Source: the human T2T-CHM13v2.0 reference genome, Homo sapiens. From it: a stretch of DNA of 64,000 bases. The position numbers and the translations under genes were made by a program. The notes below the pieces were generated by a model. That model was not told the DNA's origin and made no database searches. It saw only the letters and a program-made list of their open reading frames with translations. Positions 27,946-46,204 of the stretch are shown piece by piece; positions within the stretch are counted from its first letter, which is position 1, and every line of letters starts with the position of its first letter. The stretch lies in NCBI RefSeq assembly GCF_009914755.1, contig NC_060936.1; one strand, 5' to 3'.

Positions 27946-30014
27946 CCTCAGATCTTATTTTCTATGGACACCCTACTTTGCTTCAGCCCTGAGGTCCCAG
28001 CTGCCCCATTCAACATTTTTACCTTCCTTTTCTGCATTGTCCTAACCTTTAGGAAATCTGAACCCCAGTAGTTGACTGTCTTCTGAACTAGGTGAACCTA
28101 ATATCCCAATCTCTCTGTTTCCCTAAAAATGGGTTGGCAATTCTAAAGTTCCTTTCAAACCTGGTTGGACAGATAATTATAAGCCTTAATGCAATGACAA
28201 ATTTCAAGGTCCCTCCAGGCAGTGACTTTCAGCCTTCCCTCTACACATGGAAAGGAATGTGCCCAGTATTACCTGAAAATTCTTACTAGGTTTTGCCTCA
28301 AAACGTAATATTTGGAATCTTTTTTTATAATTTTCCCACTACAGACTGGAGACAATCCATATATTACTATTAAAATTGAGTTGCGGCTGGGCACGGTGGC
28401 TCACGCCTGTAATCCCAGCACTTTGGGAGGCTGAGGCAGGAGGCTATTCAGTATTACCTGGAAATCAGAATGCCAATTACTCAATAACCATGTATTTAAA
28501 TAGCCATGATGAAACAGGAATTTAGCAGAGGTTACCTGGGAAAAAAACAAACCCATTAATTATGTCTCTCAAAGTCCTTGTACCTTTTGTAACTTTTTTG
28601 TACCTCTTACCAAGAAAAAAAAAATTGTATCTCCCTACCTTTCCCTCCCCATTTGGAAAAAGTACCCTAGAATGCAAGAGACTGAACATCAGGTTGTAAC
28701 CTGGACTATCTGTTGCAAACTGTCATACTTTTTTTACGAACTTGAAACATTTTAGAGATAGGGTCTTGCTCTGTCGCCCTGGCTGGAGGGCAGTGGCACC
28801 ATCATAGGTCACTACAGTCTCAAACTCCTGGGCTCAAGTGATCCTCCCATTTCAGCCTCCTGAGTAGCTGAGGCTACAGGCATGTGCCACCACACCCAGC
28901 TAATTTAGAACATTTTTCTTTTTTTGTAGAGACAAGGTATTGTTATGTTGTCTAGGCTGGTCTTGAACTCCTGACCTCAAGCAGTACTCCTGCCTCAGCC
29001 TCCCAAAGTGCTGAATTACAGGCATGAGCCATTGTGCCCGGCCCCAACCCAGTTTTTATTGTAACGTGGATTGTCTACAGTTTATAGTGTGAAAAAGTAT
29101 AAAAAATGATTCCCAATTTTAGGTTTTGAGTTATAGCTCCCTGAAGTTCCTGGGTTGCATTTTGCTACAGTCTGCACACAAGAAAAACAAAACAAAACAA
29201 GACACACAGTCTGATACGCAGAGAGATGTTCTCTCTGTACAGTTATATAATAACAATAGCTAACATTTGTGGAGCACTCAGTGTGTGCTAAGCCACTCAT
29301 CTACATTGTTTCCTTTAATCCTGAGATTAAATAAATTCTGAGAAGTAGCTGTAATGATAAGGAAACTGAGCCTTGGAGCTGTAGCTCAACATCACACAAG
29401 GCAGCTGAGTCTGGGCTCAAATTCAGGCCTTGGGGCTGTCCTGTCATTCTTATAAATAATCTCAACAGGAAGAAGGCCAGCAGGCTCAGTGTGACACTCG
29501 ATCCTAAATTATTCTCTTTCACTTTCTGCCCGATTAAAAGACCATATGGTAATTAAATATTTCTGGCCAGCAATGTCTTGCCATTTATTGAAAAATAATA
29601 CCACAATATCTCTAATAATTGTTTCATTAAAAACAAGAACAGAGCCCCAGCTATGTCCGGAATGGCTCTAAGAACATCTTTCTACTTCTCTGCACCTTAG
29701 TCTCTCCTGAGGCAAGATGGAAAGAACAAAATTACGAGGTTGCTTTGGCAAAAAAAAAGGAACAATGGATATTACTTTATTAGGACTAGGAGCCACTTTT
29801 TATGGCAGGTTGCAACTGTCAAAGGACATTTTAGGGTCGAGAAGCCCCCTTGCAAAGGACAAAAGATGTCCATGGTAAGAAAAGCACGGAAGGCCCAAGG
29901 GAAAAGTTTTAAAATGAGCTTTGCCTCTAAGCCTCCTTTGATGCTCACCTCCATATCGATTCAGGCATTTCTCAAAGGCCACCTTCTTCCAAGGTAGATA
30001 AGAGGGCCCTGGTC

Positions 30015-30580
30015 GGCCGGGCACGGTGGCTCACGCCTGTAATCCCAGCACTTTGGGAGGCCGAGGTGGGTGGATCACAAGGTCAGGAGTTCAAGACCAG
30101 CCTGGCCAAGATGGTGAAACCCTATCTCTACTAAAAATTCAAAAATTAGCTGGGTGTGGTGGCAGGTGCCTGTGATCCCAGCTACTCAGGAGGCTGAGGC
30201 AGAGAATTGCTTGAACCTGGGAGGCGGAGGTTCCAGTGAGCTGAGATCGCGCCACTGCACTCCAGCCTGGGCGACAGAGCAAGACTCCATCTAAAAAAAA
30301 AAAAAAGGCCCTGGTCAGGGTCTCACTCTGTCACCCAGGCTGGAGTGCAGTGGCATGATCTCGGCTTACTGCAGCCTTGACATCCAGGGCTCAAATGATC
30401 CTCTCACGTCAGCCTTCTGAGTAGCTGGAACTACAGGCATGTGACACCACCCTGGCTAATTTTTTGTAGAGATAAGGTTTTGGCATGCTGCCCTGGTCTC
30501 AAACTCTTGGGCTCAAGTGATCCTCCCGCCTTGGCCTCCCAAAGTGTTGGGATTACAGGCGTGAGCCACCGCGCCCCGCC
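30015..30580. mobile_element. Tail-to-tail inverted Alu pair (+30015-30306, -30317-30580)
   Basis: Plus Alu with TSD GGCCCTGGTC (30005-30014, 30307-30316) abuts a tail-less minus Alu. Confidence 0.9.
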
Positions 30581-30909
30581 ATGGTCAAAAGCTTTATCTT
30601 CGTTAATCTTGGTTGAGCTGGTTTCCCACTTCCTATATCATTTGCCTGAAAGGGGAGACCCAGCTTACTTTGGAGGTAGGTGTAGGTAGATAAGAGCCAA
30701 GTGTTGTTTGCTAATGTATTGAGTGAGGGATCTCATTAAAAGGTCATTTTATTTGTGCAATCAAAGAACTCCTTTGGAGCCCAGTATGGTGTCACACACT
30801 TGTATTCCTAGCTACTAACGAGGCTGAGATGGAGAATCTCTTGAGCCCAGTCAATCACTGATGCCAGCGTGGGCAACATAGTGAGACCCCATCTTTAAAA
30901 AAAAAAACA

Positions 30910-32151
<1,242 letters not shown>

Positions 32152-33726
32152 TCAACTCTAGGCAGGTGATTTATTTGTCCACTTAAGAGATGGGAATTGG
32201 ACACTGCCGCTGGGATCAGTTCTGATCCTGACTATAAATTTCCGGGGTGCTCTGCCTTAGAACTTGGTTTATTGCCTATTAAGCTGCTTTCCTGTTGCCT
32301 GTGCTCAGTGTCTGTCTGGCTCCTGGCCTCCTCTTGCCAGGTGATTTGGCCTCATTCTGAACCTGTTTTATGTAGAGTGTCTGTCTGCCCGACTTCATGG
32401 GGCAGATCACAGAACAAGATCCCTGTGCCACGATCTGCTTTCCCTTCACCAAATATCACTATGAACTTGTGCCTACCTGGATCCCATACTTGCTTCACCC
32501 TGACAAAGCTTTTTCTTCTCTCTACTTCTGGCCTGCTTTGAATTTATTGTTTTATGCCTGTGTGTTAGAGGGAAAAATGTATTAAAATAATGTACTGGCA
32601 ATACCTCCCTTCCTGTCTAAAAAAAGTGAATGCTTTGTGTACTCATCTCCCTAGAGGGCCTTTGTTGAATTAAGCAGGGTGATTGGCTGTGAGGAGAATT
32701 AAAAGGCAGAGAGAAGACCAAATTGCTCTACCCAACACAAAATGAGGAGATATTTGAAAGAGAATTTTACAAGGAGAAGACTGAAGAAGGCCGGGCGAGG
32801 TGGCACACGCCTGTAATCCCAGTACTTTGGGAAGTTGAGGCGGGTGGATCACCTGAGGTCAGGAGTTCGTGACCAGCCTGGCCACTAAACTCTACTAAAA
32901 ATACAAAAACTAGCTGGGCCTGGTGGCAGGTGCTTGTAATCCTAGCTACTCTGGAGGCTGAGGCTGGAGAATCGGTTGAATCAGGGAGGTGGAAGTTGCG
33001 GTGGGCCAATATCGTGCCACTGCGCTCCAGCCTATGCAATAGAGCGAGACTGTCTCAGAAAAGAAAAGACTGAAGAGAAGAGGAAGGAGACATAAGTGAG
33101 CTGTACAATTTTTGAGCAAAGAAAGAAACCCAAAGAATATTTTAATGGAAAGCTTCCTATATTGCGTGTAGTGTAACATTCTCTTTGCCTCTCTAAGCAT
33201 CCAGTACACGTTGAATTTGTGGTAGATTAGGTGTATTAAGTGCTGAGATTGGCCTCAAGGCAAGGGCAGGATGACTCAGAATAGCACAAATAGCTTCAGG
33301 TGGGAAGGGGGAGGAAAAAGGGAAGCAAAAGGCAAGGAAAATGCCAAGTGGTCTTGCCTACAGCAGATCTTTCAGCCCGCATGCTTGCTCTGTACTTGGA
33401 ATTCTCTAGAAAGGTTGCAAGAAGAAGCTGCACTCCAGAGTAGTCTGAGAAAGGGATCAGGAAGAGGGCATTTATCTGCCAGCTCCCTCCTGTCTCCATT
33501 TTTTGTGGCTGAGGTTCACACTACTTAGCAGAGCTAAATCCCCTGAATGCCATGTGGTGTCATCTGGCAGCTCCGTGATCACTCAGGAAATTAATTTTAC
33601 GCCTTGCAGTGTGGCTATTTCATCGGAGTCTGGAAGTGAGGAGTGACCAAGAGAGAACAAAAGGAAGGGTGGTGGGAATCCAAGAAGGCTTAAAACGTAT
33701 GTCTCTGTAGTTGAGAAAAGGTTTTA

Positions 33727-34078
<352 letters not shown>

Positions 34079-34184
34079 TTGCTCCAAATGGTGAACATGT
34101 GCATGACTACGTGTATGAACTCTGATGTCTTCATAAAGAATTTTAAAAAACTATTGGAAAACATGGGAAAACATCCTCTAATTT

Positions 34185-34535
34185 TTTTTAAATTTCATAT
34201 TCAGGGAGGTACATGCACAGGTTGTACATGGGTATATTGCATGATGCTGAGGCTTGGGTTTCTGGATGATCCTATTGCCCAAGTAGTGAACGTAGTACCT
34301 GATAGGTAGCTTTTCAGCCCTTCTCTCTTCTTCTTCCCCCTTCCCTCCTTCTGGAGTGCCCAGTGTCTATTCTTATTTTTATGTCTGTGTGTACCCAATG
34401 TTTAGCACTCGCTTATAAGTGAGAATATGTGGCATTTGGTTTTCTGTTCCTGCGTTAATTTGCTTAGGTTAATGGTCCCCAGCTACACCAATGTTGCTGC
34501 AAATGACATGATTTCATTCTTTTTTATGGCTGCAT
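34185..34535 (-). mobile_element. L1 3' end fragment (older L1PA/L1PB)
   Basis: GGTACATGCACAGGTTGTACATGGGTATATTGCATGATGCTGAGG...CTTATAAGTGAGAATATG...TTCATTCTTTTTTATGGCTGCATA. Confidence 0.85.
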
Positions 34536-36842
34536 ATTCTCTAATGTTAATTGATAATGCCAGATAAATCTTCAGACTTCTAGATTATAATCATGGAACC
34601 AGGTAGCGACTTCCGCCTTACTTTTTAAGTTATTTAATTACCCATGTAATAATACATATATATCTTTTTCTAGAGACAGTCTCGCTTTGTCACCCAGGCT
34701 GGAGTGCAGTGGTGCCATTATAGCTCACTGTAGCTTCGAATTCTTGGACTCAAGCAATCCTCCCACATCGGCCTCCTAAAGCACTGGGATTACTGTGTGA
34801 ACTACCGTGTCTAGCCCACGTCTCTTACTAGTTAAAAAAACAAAAAACAAAACCTGTCATTCCAGGTGAAGGGAGTTGCTTTAGTGTAACACCTGGCTTT
34901 TCTCTGCCTTTTCCTAACTCTGCTCCTGAGCTGTGATTTAATTGGCAAATTTGGGGAAAATAAAGTGAGCATGCTCAGCTTATCCTGTCCACTTTCCCCT
35001 TTGGAATCCAGCCAGCATGAGGCCTGCTGTAGGGGCAGGCTGACACTCTGGTCGCCAGGGAGGCAAGTCTACTTTGGACCAGAACTGCTAGATCTCATTC
35101 CGCAGCTTGGTATTGGGAGGCTCTTCTGACTCTCAGATTTAAACTGCATCCTGCAACCCAGTCCTATCAGGAATAAACTAATAATTTGATCCTCTCCCTC
35201 CATTCCTTTATCTTATTTCTTAGTTGGCTGTAAAATTTAAAAAGGAGGAGGGGTGCTTTTTATTGGGCCCTTCTTGCAACATTTGGTTCATTGGCTAAAA
35301 AATTGAAATGTAAGAAAAAAGGAAGGAGCACAATTAGGGAGAAGCAAGTGAACACACATGGAGTGATTGAGGCTTCTGGAGTGGTGAGGGATTGGCCTTG
35401 GCGCTGGGTCTTGTTCTTGGTATGTGTGCCGGACATGTTAATCTTGGCAGTTTGTATAGGCTTATATTGGGCTAGGTAGGTTTTTGTGGTGGTGCATTAG
35501 TGCTTAAAAGCCATGGCCTGGGGAAAACTTTGGAAAAGTCATTCAGAGGCTGTAGCAGGGCCTTGACAAGGGCATGGGGCTGTCAGAGGGCCTAAGTGGG
35601 GACTGGCAGGCTGAAGAGCGTTAATAAGCAGTCACAGCTGATGCAAGGATTCAATTATAGGAGGAAAGAAACAATCTTTTCATATACTATCCTTTTAGAT
35701 ATTAAGAGAGTGAAAAAAATATCTGCTGTTTTTAAACCATGGAGCAGCTGGGTTCTCTATGGACCACGGAGCATTAGTGAGAGATTGGCTTCCAATGTGT
35801 TAGCACGAGGTAATGTAAACAAACAGTCCAAGTTTTAATTCCTCTTTTATGTTGTTTTGCACTATCCTTAAGGGCAAGAGAGGGCAAGGTGGAGGGGCTA
35901 AGTTTGACTTCATGTGGCTCAAGAATCAGTCCCTCTACTTGTTCTCAAGGTTGCTAGAAACTGGTTGCTTAGATTTTCTCTTTCTTTCTTAGCATGATAA
36001 AGTATCAAACAATATTTTTTTGTGAATTTTTAAAACCGATACATAATGCTTGTGGATATTTCTGGGATGCATGTGATATTTTGATACATGCATACAATGT
36101 GTGATGATCAGCACCACCTCAAACACTTATCATTTTTTTGGGAACATTCCAAATCTTTCTTCTAGCTATTTTGAAATATATAATTATGGGTTTTTTTTTT
36201 AGGCCTAAGGAATTCCACAGAAAAAGATAATGGGAAAAGCCACTGTGGCATAGGAAAAAAATGTTTACTTGGTATTGTGGGAGCCCTCTTACTAGGCAGA
36301 AGTTCACTTCCATTGCAGCACTGCAGTGCAGGCACCTAAAGATCAAAGGGGACGTGGAAATATAAAGGCTTTGAATATCTGGGTAAGAAAGAACAGCTCC
36401 TCTCAAATAAGATGTGATGACTGAAGATATTGCCATTTCATATTTCTAAACTTTACAAGAAGGCAGCATCCTCTCAAATACTCTGAGACAGGAGAAAGTA
36501 CTCAGAGGGGGATCTTCCCAGATGTGGTAAGTGTGAGGTGCACAGTGCTGAAATTAACCTGTGACCAGGAGATTTCTACTAACTGGGTTTAAATTCACAG
36601 GCCATGGGGTCTGTACTCTTGGCATTGATCAAGTGGCATTTTGGTGAGGCTGCAGTCTCTGCAACAGTCTTTGGGCACCCAAAGCACTGATTCTGGGTAT
36701 GCGATTCTGCTTGAGCTACCTGCTAGGAATTGGCTTATTTTATGAAGATGGCTGGGATAGAGCCAGTGCTATGATCATTTTACATGTTCTGTTAAATCTA
36801 TAGATTCTTTAGAAAAAAGTACATCCCAGACTAGGCTGATAT

Positions 36843-37473
36843 TGAGGCAGGAGAATAGGGTCTGGAAACAGGGAACCGAAGGTCATTTCACGCTAACTTT
36901 CTAGAACTAAATTTAAAGAAAAACCCTAACATTCCACGCCTAAGTAACAAAAGGACCAGAGGCTACTCCCTTTGCAAACCCCCACCTTTTCTGCCCAGCA
37001 GATGGGCAATTGGCTGTCAGCAACCAATCAGACTGATTGCAGGCAGAGTCTTAGTTTCCATAGAAGTGCAACTTTGTAACTTCACCTTAACCTCTGATTG
37101 GTTGCTTTTTGCAGCCAATTAGTTGTTTGCACAGGAGTGTGACGTTGGTAACTTCAGCCTCTAATTGGTGGCTTTCCGCCACCAATCAGAGCAACTGCGG
37201 ACCACCACTTTATTTACATGAGGTGACCACCAAGTGGCCCATGGGAAACCTGTAGGGGGTATTTGGACCCAACAGAATTCTGTAACCCGGGTTTTTGAGC
37301 CGCTGCTCAGGCCGCTCCCACACTGTGGAGTGTACTTTCGTTTTCAATAAATCCCTGCTTTCATTCTTTAGTTGCTTCATTCTTTCTTTGTTTTGCTGGG
37401 CATTTTGTCCAATTATTTGTTCAAAACGCCAAGAACTTGGACAACTTGCAGTCAAGACCCTCTACTAGTAACA
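36843..37473 (+). mobile_element. Solo ERV1 LTR, MER51-type (MER51A-like)
   Basis: Begins TGAGGCAGGAGAATAGGGTCTGG, ends TAGTAACA (TG...CA); 4-bp TSD ATAT at 36839-36842 and 37474-37477; repeated CCAAT units; AATAAA at 37346-37351. Confidence 0.88.
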
Positions 37474-37630
37474 ATATTATCATTATTTTTTGACTTGGAG
37501 GCCCTGAAGGAAATGCCCCCATTCCAATGAAATACAGCTTAAGCTGTACTTGTCAAAAGATCCCTGACTGTACCCCCACACTGAAATCCCTTCCGGTAGA
37601 GACAAAGCATAATAAGAAATTGGGAAAGAT

Positions 37631-37938
<308 letters not shown>

Positions 37939-39230
37939 GGAAATTGGGGAAGATACATTTTGGACTTCTTTGAATTTTAACCCACACATGTAAGATAATT
38001 TTATTTTGAACTTCACTTTCTTTTATCTTTAATGTCTCATGATTTTGACTTATAAGGAGATGGATTTCATTTCTTGGACATTAATTTCTCCCTAGAAACT
38101 TGATAAAGGGAGGAGATTTATGTTAAAGTATTTTTTTCTCAATATTAATGGTATTTTCTTATTGAGTTTTTTTTGCGCATATTATTGGAGTGTAGTATAC
38201 TTTTGTCATGTAATCTCATTGTTGATCCTCTGATATGTGGACAGTATGGATAAACATAATAAAAATTAGTAATAGAAAAATGGAGTTAAGCCTTGGATAC
38301 AGAATGTCACTGAACCTTTTTTGTTTGTTTGTTTTGAGACAGGGTCTTACTCTGTCACCCAGGCTGGAGTGCAATGGCGTGATCACAGTTCACTGCAGCC
38401 TTGACCTCCTGGGCTGAAGCGATCCTCCCACCTCAGCCTCGCAAGTAGCTGGGACTACAGGCATGGGCTACTGCACCTGGCTAATTTTTTTTTTTTTTTG
38501 GTTGTCTTTTGGTAGAGATGGGATTTCACCATGTTGCCCCAGCTGTTGTTGAACTCCTGGGCTCAAGCAATCCACTTGCCTTAGCCTCCCAAATTGTCAG
38601 GATCACAGGTGTGAGCCACCACGCCTGGCCCCTGAAATATTAATGTGTTATAGTGAACTATTTTGGAACCTTATGTGAGCAAAATCGCCATTGCCTACCA
38701 GGGTTCCTGGAAAGGTACAAAGTAGGGTGGTATGAGAGGGAAGGGTAACGTCATGAAGGTGGGGCAAGGATGGTCCTCACAGGCTGTCAAGATGCTGTCT
38801 GGAGGATGTCAGCCACACCTCTGGCTGGCATAGGCTGAATGGTTAAACCAATGTCTTAAGAGAAAAAACATCGAGAGAATATTAGTGGGAAATGATTCTT
38901 TTTTGTTTTGAGACAGAGTCTTGCTCTGTTAACCCAAGCTAGAGTGCAGTGGTGTAAATGTGGCTCACTACAACTTCTACCTCCCGAGCTCAAGGGATCC
39001 TCTTGCCTTAGCCTCCCAAATAGCTGGGACTACAGGGGCGTTCAACCATGCCCCACTAATTTTTAAATTTTCAGAAGAGACAAGGCATTGCTATGTTACC
39101 CAGGCTGGTCTGAAACTCCTGGCCTCGAATGATCCACCCACCTTGGCCTACCAAAGTGCTAGGACTACTATAGGCATGAGCCAGCACGCCCACCCAGGAG
39201 TGACTCTTAGGCAACCTCGATATTACCTTC

Positions 39231-39692
39231 TGTGATAGGCTGAATAATGGGCCCCCAAGTATGTTCACATCCTAATTCTCAGAATCTGTGAGTATGTTAT
39301 ATGGCAAAAGGAACTTTGCAGATGTGATTAAGTTGAGGATCTTGAGATAAGAGAGGTTACCTTGTGTGTCCAATATAATCCATTGATCTCTATAAGAAGG
39401 ACAGAGGAAGAGTCAGTAAAATAAAGTGATGTGACGGCAGAAGCTGATTGGAATGATGAGCTTTGGAGATGGAGGAAGAAGCCGTAAGTCAAGGAATACA
39501 GTCCAGTAGAAACTGAAAAGGCAAGAAAACATTCTCCCCTCAGAGGCTTCAGAAGGAACCAGTCCCTCTGACACCTTGACTTTACCCCTAATGAAATGGA
39601 TTTTGGATTTCTGACCTCAAGAGCTATTGAGAATAAATTTGTTTTCTAAGCATCTATATTTGTGGTAATTTTTTACAGTGGAAAGAAGAGAC
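39231..39692 (+). mobile_element. MaLR LTR, MLT1B/C/D-like
   Basis: TGTGATAGGCTGAATAATGGGCCCCC...ATGGCAAAAGGAACTTTGCAGATGTGATTAAG...GACACCTTGACTTT...GAGAATAAATTTG. Confidence 0.8.
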
Positions 39693-40928
39693 CTTCTATA
39701 AGAAGGAACTTGATTTTATCTCCTGTGTTTTTGGACAGGGTAATTTAATCTGACTGGTAAATTCTAGAATAATAAACTGAACATGATTGGCTTAGTCTCC
39801 TTCTCTTTGTTCTTTGGGAGCCAGTCAAGCCCAAGAAAGCACAAGTTCTACTTCTTGCAGGGTAGGATGCTACCCATATGATGAGATGTGCCCCACTCAG
39901 TGCTGCTGGACCTGGGTGGCTAATTAAGTTCATGTAACTGTGGTTCAGTATTAGCATTTGGCTTTCATGTTAAGCTATATTCTCCTGTAGTTTTAATCAG
40001 AATACAGTGATATTTTGACCTCCACAGACCACTTCTTGGACTTATCTCTTTGCTCATCACTCAGGCATGACAAAATGGTGACTTTGAGGATAATGGATTG
40101 AACAAAAATGATACAATCTCTTGTAGCTCCCAATTTCTATAAGTAGTGGAGAAAATTTAAAAAAAAAATCACAACTGCATTGGAAACAAGAAATTTCCAG
40201 GAACCAGAAACTATGACAAATCCCTAAATGACATAGGATCAGGTGAAGGAGGTAAGCCACAGTTAAAACTAGAACAGTAGACTATTGCTGCAAAATATAG
40301 CGGACACTAAGAATACTCCTTGCCCCAAAGTGGTGGATAGCAGTGACAGGAAGTTCAAAGGTAACTAATAGATTGACTAATTCAGGTACCACAGTAGGAC
40401 TATCTAGATGGTTCAATTGCTGCTTGCTATCCCTTCTCTATCTGTTTAGCCAGGTAATAGTGATGAGTGGTATCTATCTCCACTCAAGAAAAATGGGTAG
40501 GAGGGTGATGATAAGATAAGGCAGTGCCCAACCCCCAGTGTCTGGCAATACCTGGGAGGAGGGGGGTGCACTCACGTTGGAACACTAGCCACCAAGGTAT
40601 GACCAGTGCTACATCCCATCCTCCCTCACAATAGGCTAAAAAAATAGATGTGACATACATCTAAAAGGACATTGCCTCTGTAAAGATGAGTGACAAATCA
40701 AGAATGGATGAACTTTAAAGAAGGCTAACATGAAAGAGAGACAAGAAACTCAATAGACGATAAAACTTCCATCTGAGAAAATGAATTAACACAGCAAGAA
40801 GATTAGGTCTTTTCAATAAGTATGACTTGTATCATTAAAGAAATGTGAAAGGGTAATATACATATGTATAAGAATAAATTAGATATTGTGGAAATTTGAA
40901 TGATTGTTGAAATAATTTAATAGAAGGG

Positions 40929-43420
<2,492 letters not shown>

Positions 43421-43444
43421 TAAAACCTAAAAAACTGCAACGTC

Positions 43445-43604
43445 AATCCTTCCCTGAGTTTCTAGCCTGCCAGCCTGCTCTAGACATTTCAGACTTGCTC
43501 CTGGCACAATTGTGTCAGCCAATTCCTTAAACTAAACCTTTCTCTCTATATATAAGTCTATATCCTATTAGTTCTGTTTCTCTGGAGAACCCTGACTAAT
43601 CCAA
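43445..43604 (+). mobile_element. MLT2 (ERVL) LTR 3' fragment
   Basis: CAGCCAATTCCTTAAA...CCTATTAGTTCTGTTTCTCTGGAGAACCCTGACTAAT. Confidence 0.8.
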
Positions 43605-44370
43605 GTCAGAAGAATGAAGTCTGGTAGCAACTGGGAGACTCTGAGTGGAGAGAAGTGAAAAGATCCACTGTCAGATGAAGGCAGACCCGTGGGTGAAGAA
43701 TCATATTGAAGAATCCTCTGTTAGATGAAAAAGCCCACGTGACTGCATGGATTTTGGTTTATGTTGTTGTGTTTTTAACCTTCTGTTAATGCCAGCAATC
43801 GATTTTTCCAGATTTCTCTTTGAGTTCTTTTTCGAGAATAGCTGCTTTACTGTAGAGTACAGAATTAGACCCGTTTGGGTTTTCATCAGCAGCCTTCAGA
43901 TCTGCTGCTCCGCATGCCTCTTTATGAACGCTGGCACCTTTTAAGGATAATTCTAGGCCATCTTAATCTCTTTTAATTTGGTTAATCTTTTCAAGAATTT
44001 TTGCATTTTCTTTCAGTTTGGTAAATTGTATAGTGAATTCCCTTTCCTTCCTCTATGGATTTTTTGTATTTTAAAAAATTGTGGTAAACATAACATAAAT
44101 TTATTATTTTACTGTTTTAACCACTTTTAAGCAATTTCTCATTGTTGTGCAACCATCACCACTATCCATTTCTAGAACTTTTAAAAAATCCCAAACAGAA
44201 GCTTGTACCCATTAAACACTAGGTTCCTATTCTCTTCTCCCCTGTCCCCTGGAAACCTCTATTCTACTTTCTGTCTCTATAAAGTTGTCTAGTCTAGGTA
44301 CCTAATATAAGTGGAACCATATAATATTTTTCCTTTCTATAGCTGCTTTTTTTCTTTTTTTTTGAGATAG

Positions 44371-44658
<288 letters not shown>

Positions 44659-45362
44659 TAACTGAAGAAAAACTTCTCCAAAACAAGAACTATAAAAAAT
44701 ATCCAATAACTCTTGCCCTTACCATCATCTCCAAAGAGATTTGAAGAGATTGGACTCAGGCTCATGTTTTCAGGCCATGATCTTGCAGGTGTCTCCAGGA
44801 GAAGCCTGAAGCTCAGTTCTGAGGCAGTCACAATGCTTTTGGTGAGCCCAAGTTCACCACAGACCTGCCTCTGGGGGTATCGGCCCACTGAACCACAACA
44901 GACCACCCATCTCATTCCACAATGTTCAGCTAACCCCGCATGACAGCTGGGACAGCAGGCTCAGGGCTCAGAGAGGCACATTGAAGAACCAGTCCAGCCC
45001 ATGCTTTAAAAAGTAATAACTCATTTTACTTAACTTTTTAAACTGAAACATAAAACACAGATTCATAAAACTATGAGATAAATTATTGTAAAGAGAACAT
45101 CTTTGTGACTGCCAATCAGATCAAGAACTAGAACGTTGTCAGCCACCCCCGAAAGCCCCTCTATGTGTCCCATCCAATTTCAACCCTCTTCCATCTCCCA
45201 AAAGTAACCGCTTTCTTGCCTTTTTTTTCTTTAAAAAAAAAATCATTTTATTGAGAGGTAATTCACGTAACATACAATTCACTTATTTAAGGGGTACAAT
45301 TCAATGGCTTTTGGCTTATTTACAGAGTTGTGCAACACCCTCCTGAGTTTTATAGCATTTCC

Positions 45363-45445
45363 TTGTATCCACTGGTATCTGTAGTTTCAGGCACCCACTG
45401 AAGGTCTTGGAACATATGCCTCATAGATAAGGGGGAACTGCTGTA
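45363..45445. mobile_element. MER44/Tigger7-like terminal fragment
   Basis: TTTCAGGCACCCACTGAAGGTCTTGGAACATATGCC...GATAAGGGGGAACTGCTGTA. Confidence 0.65.
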
Positions 45446-45446
45446 A

Positions 45447-46130
<684 letters not shown>

Positions 46131-46204
46131 AACTCGGTAAACAAAGGGACAGAGCCAGCATTTTTCCTGCCTTTCCTATTGAATGAACAGAAACATTCAA
46201 TTTA

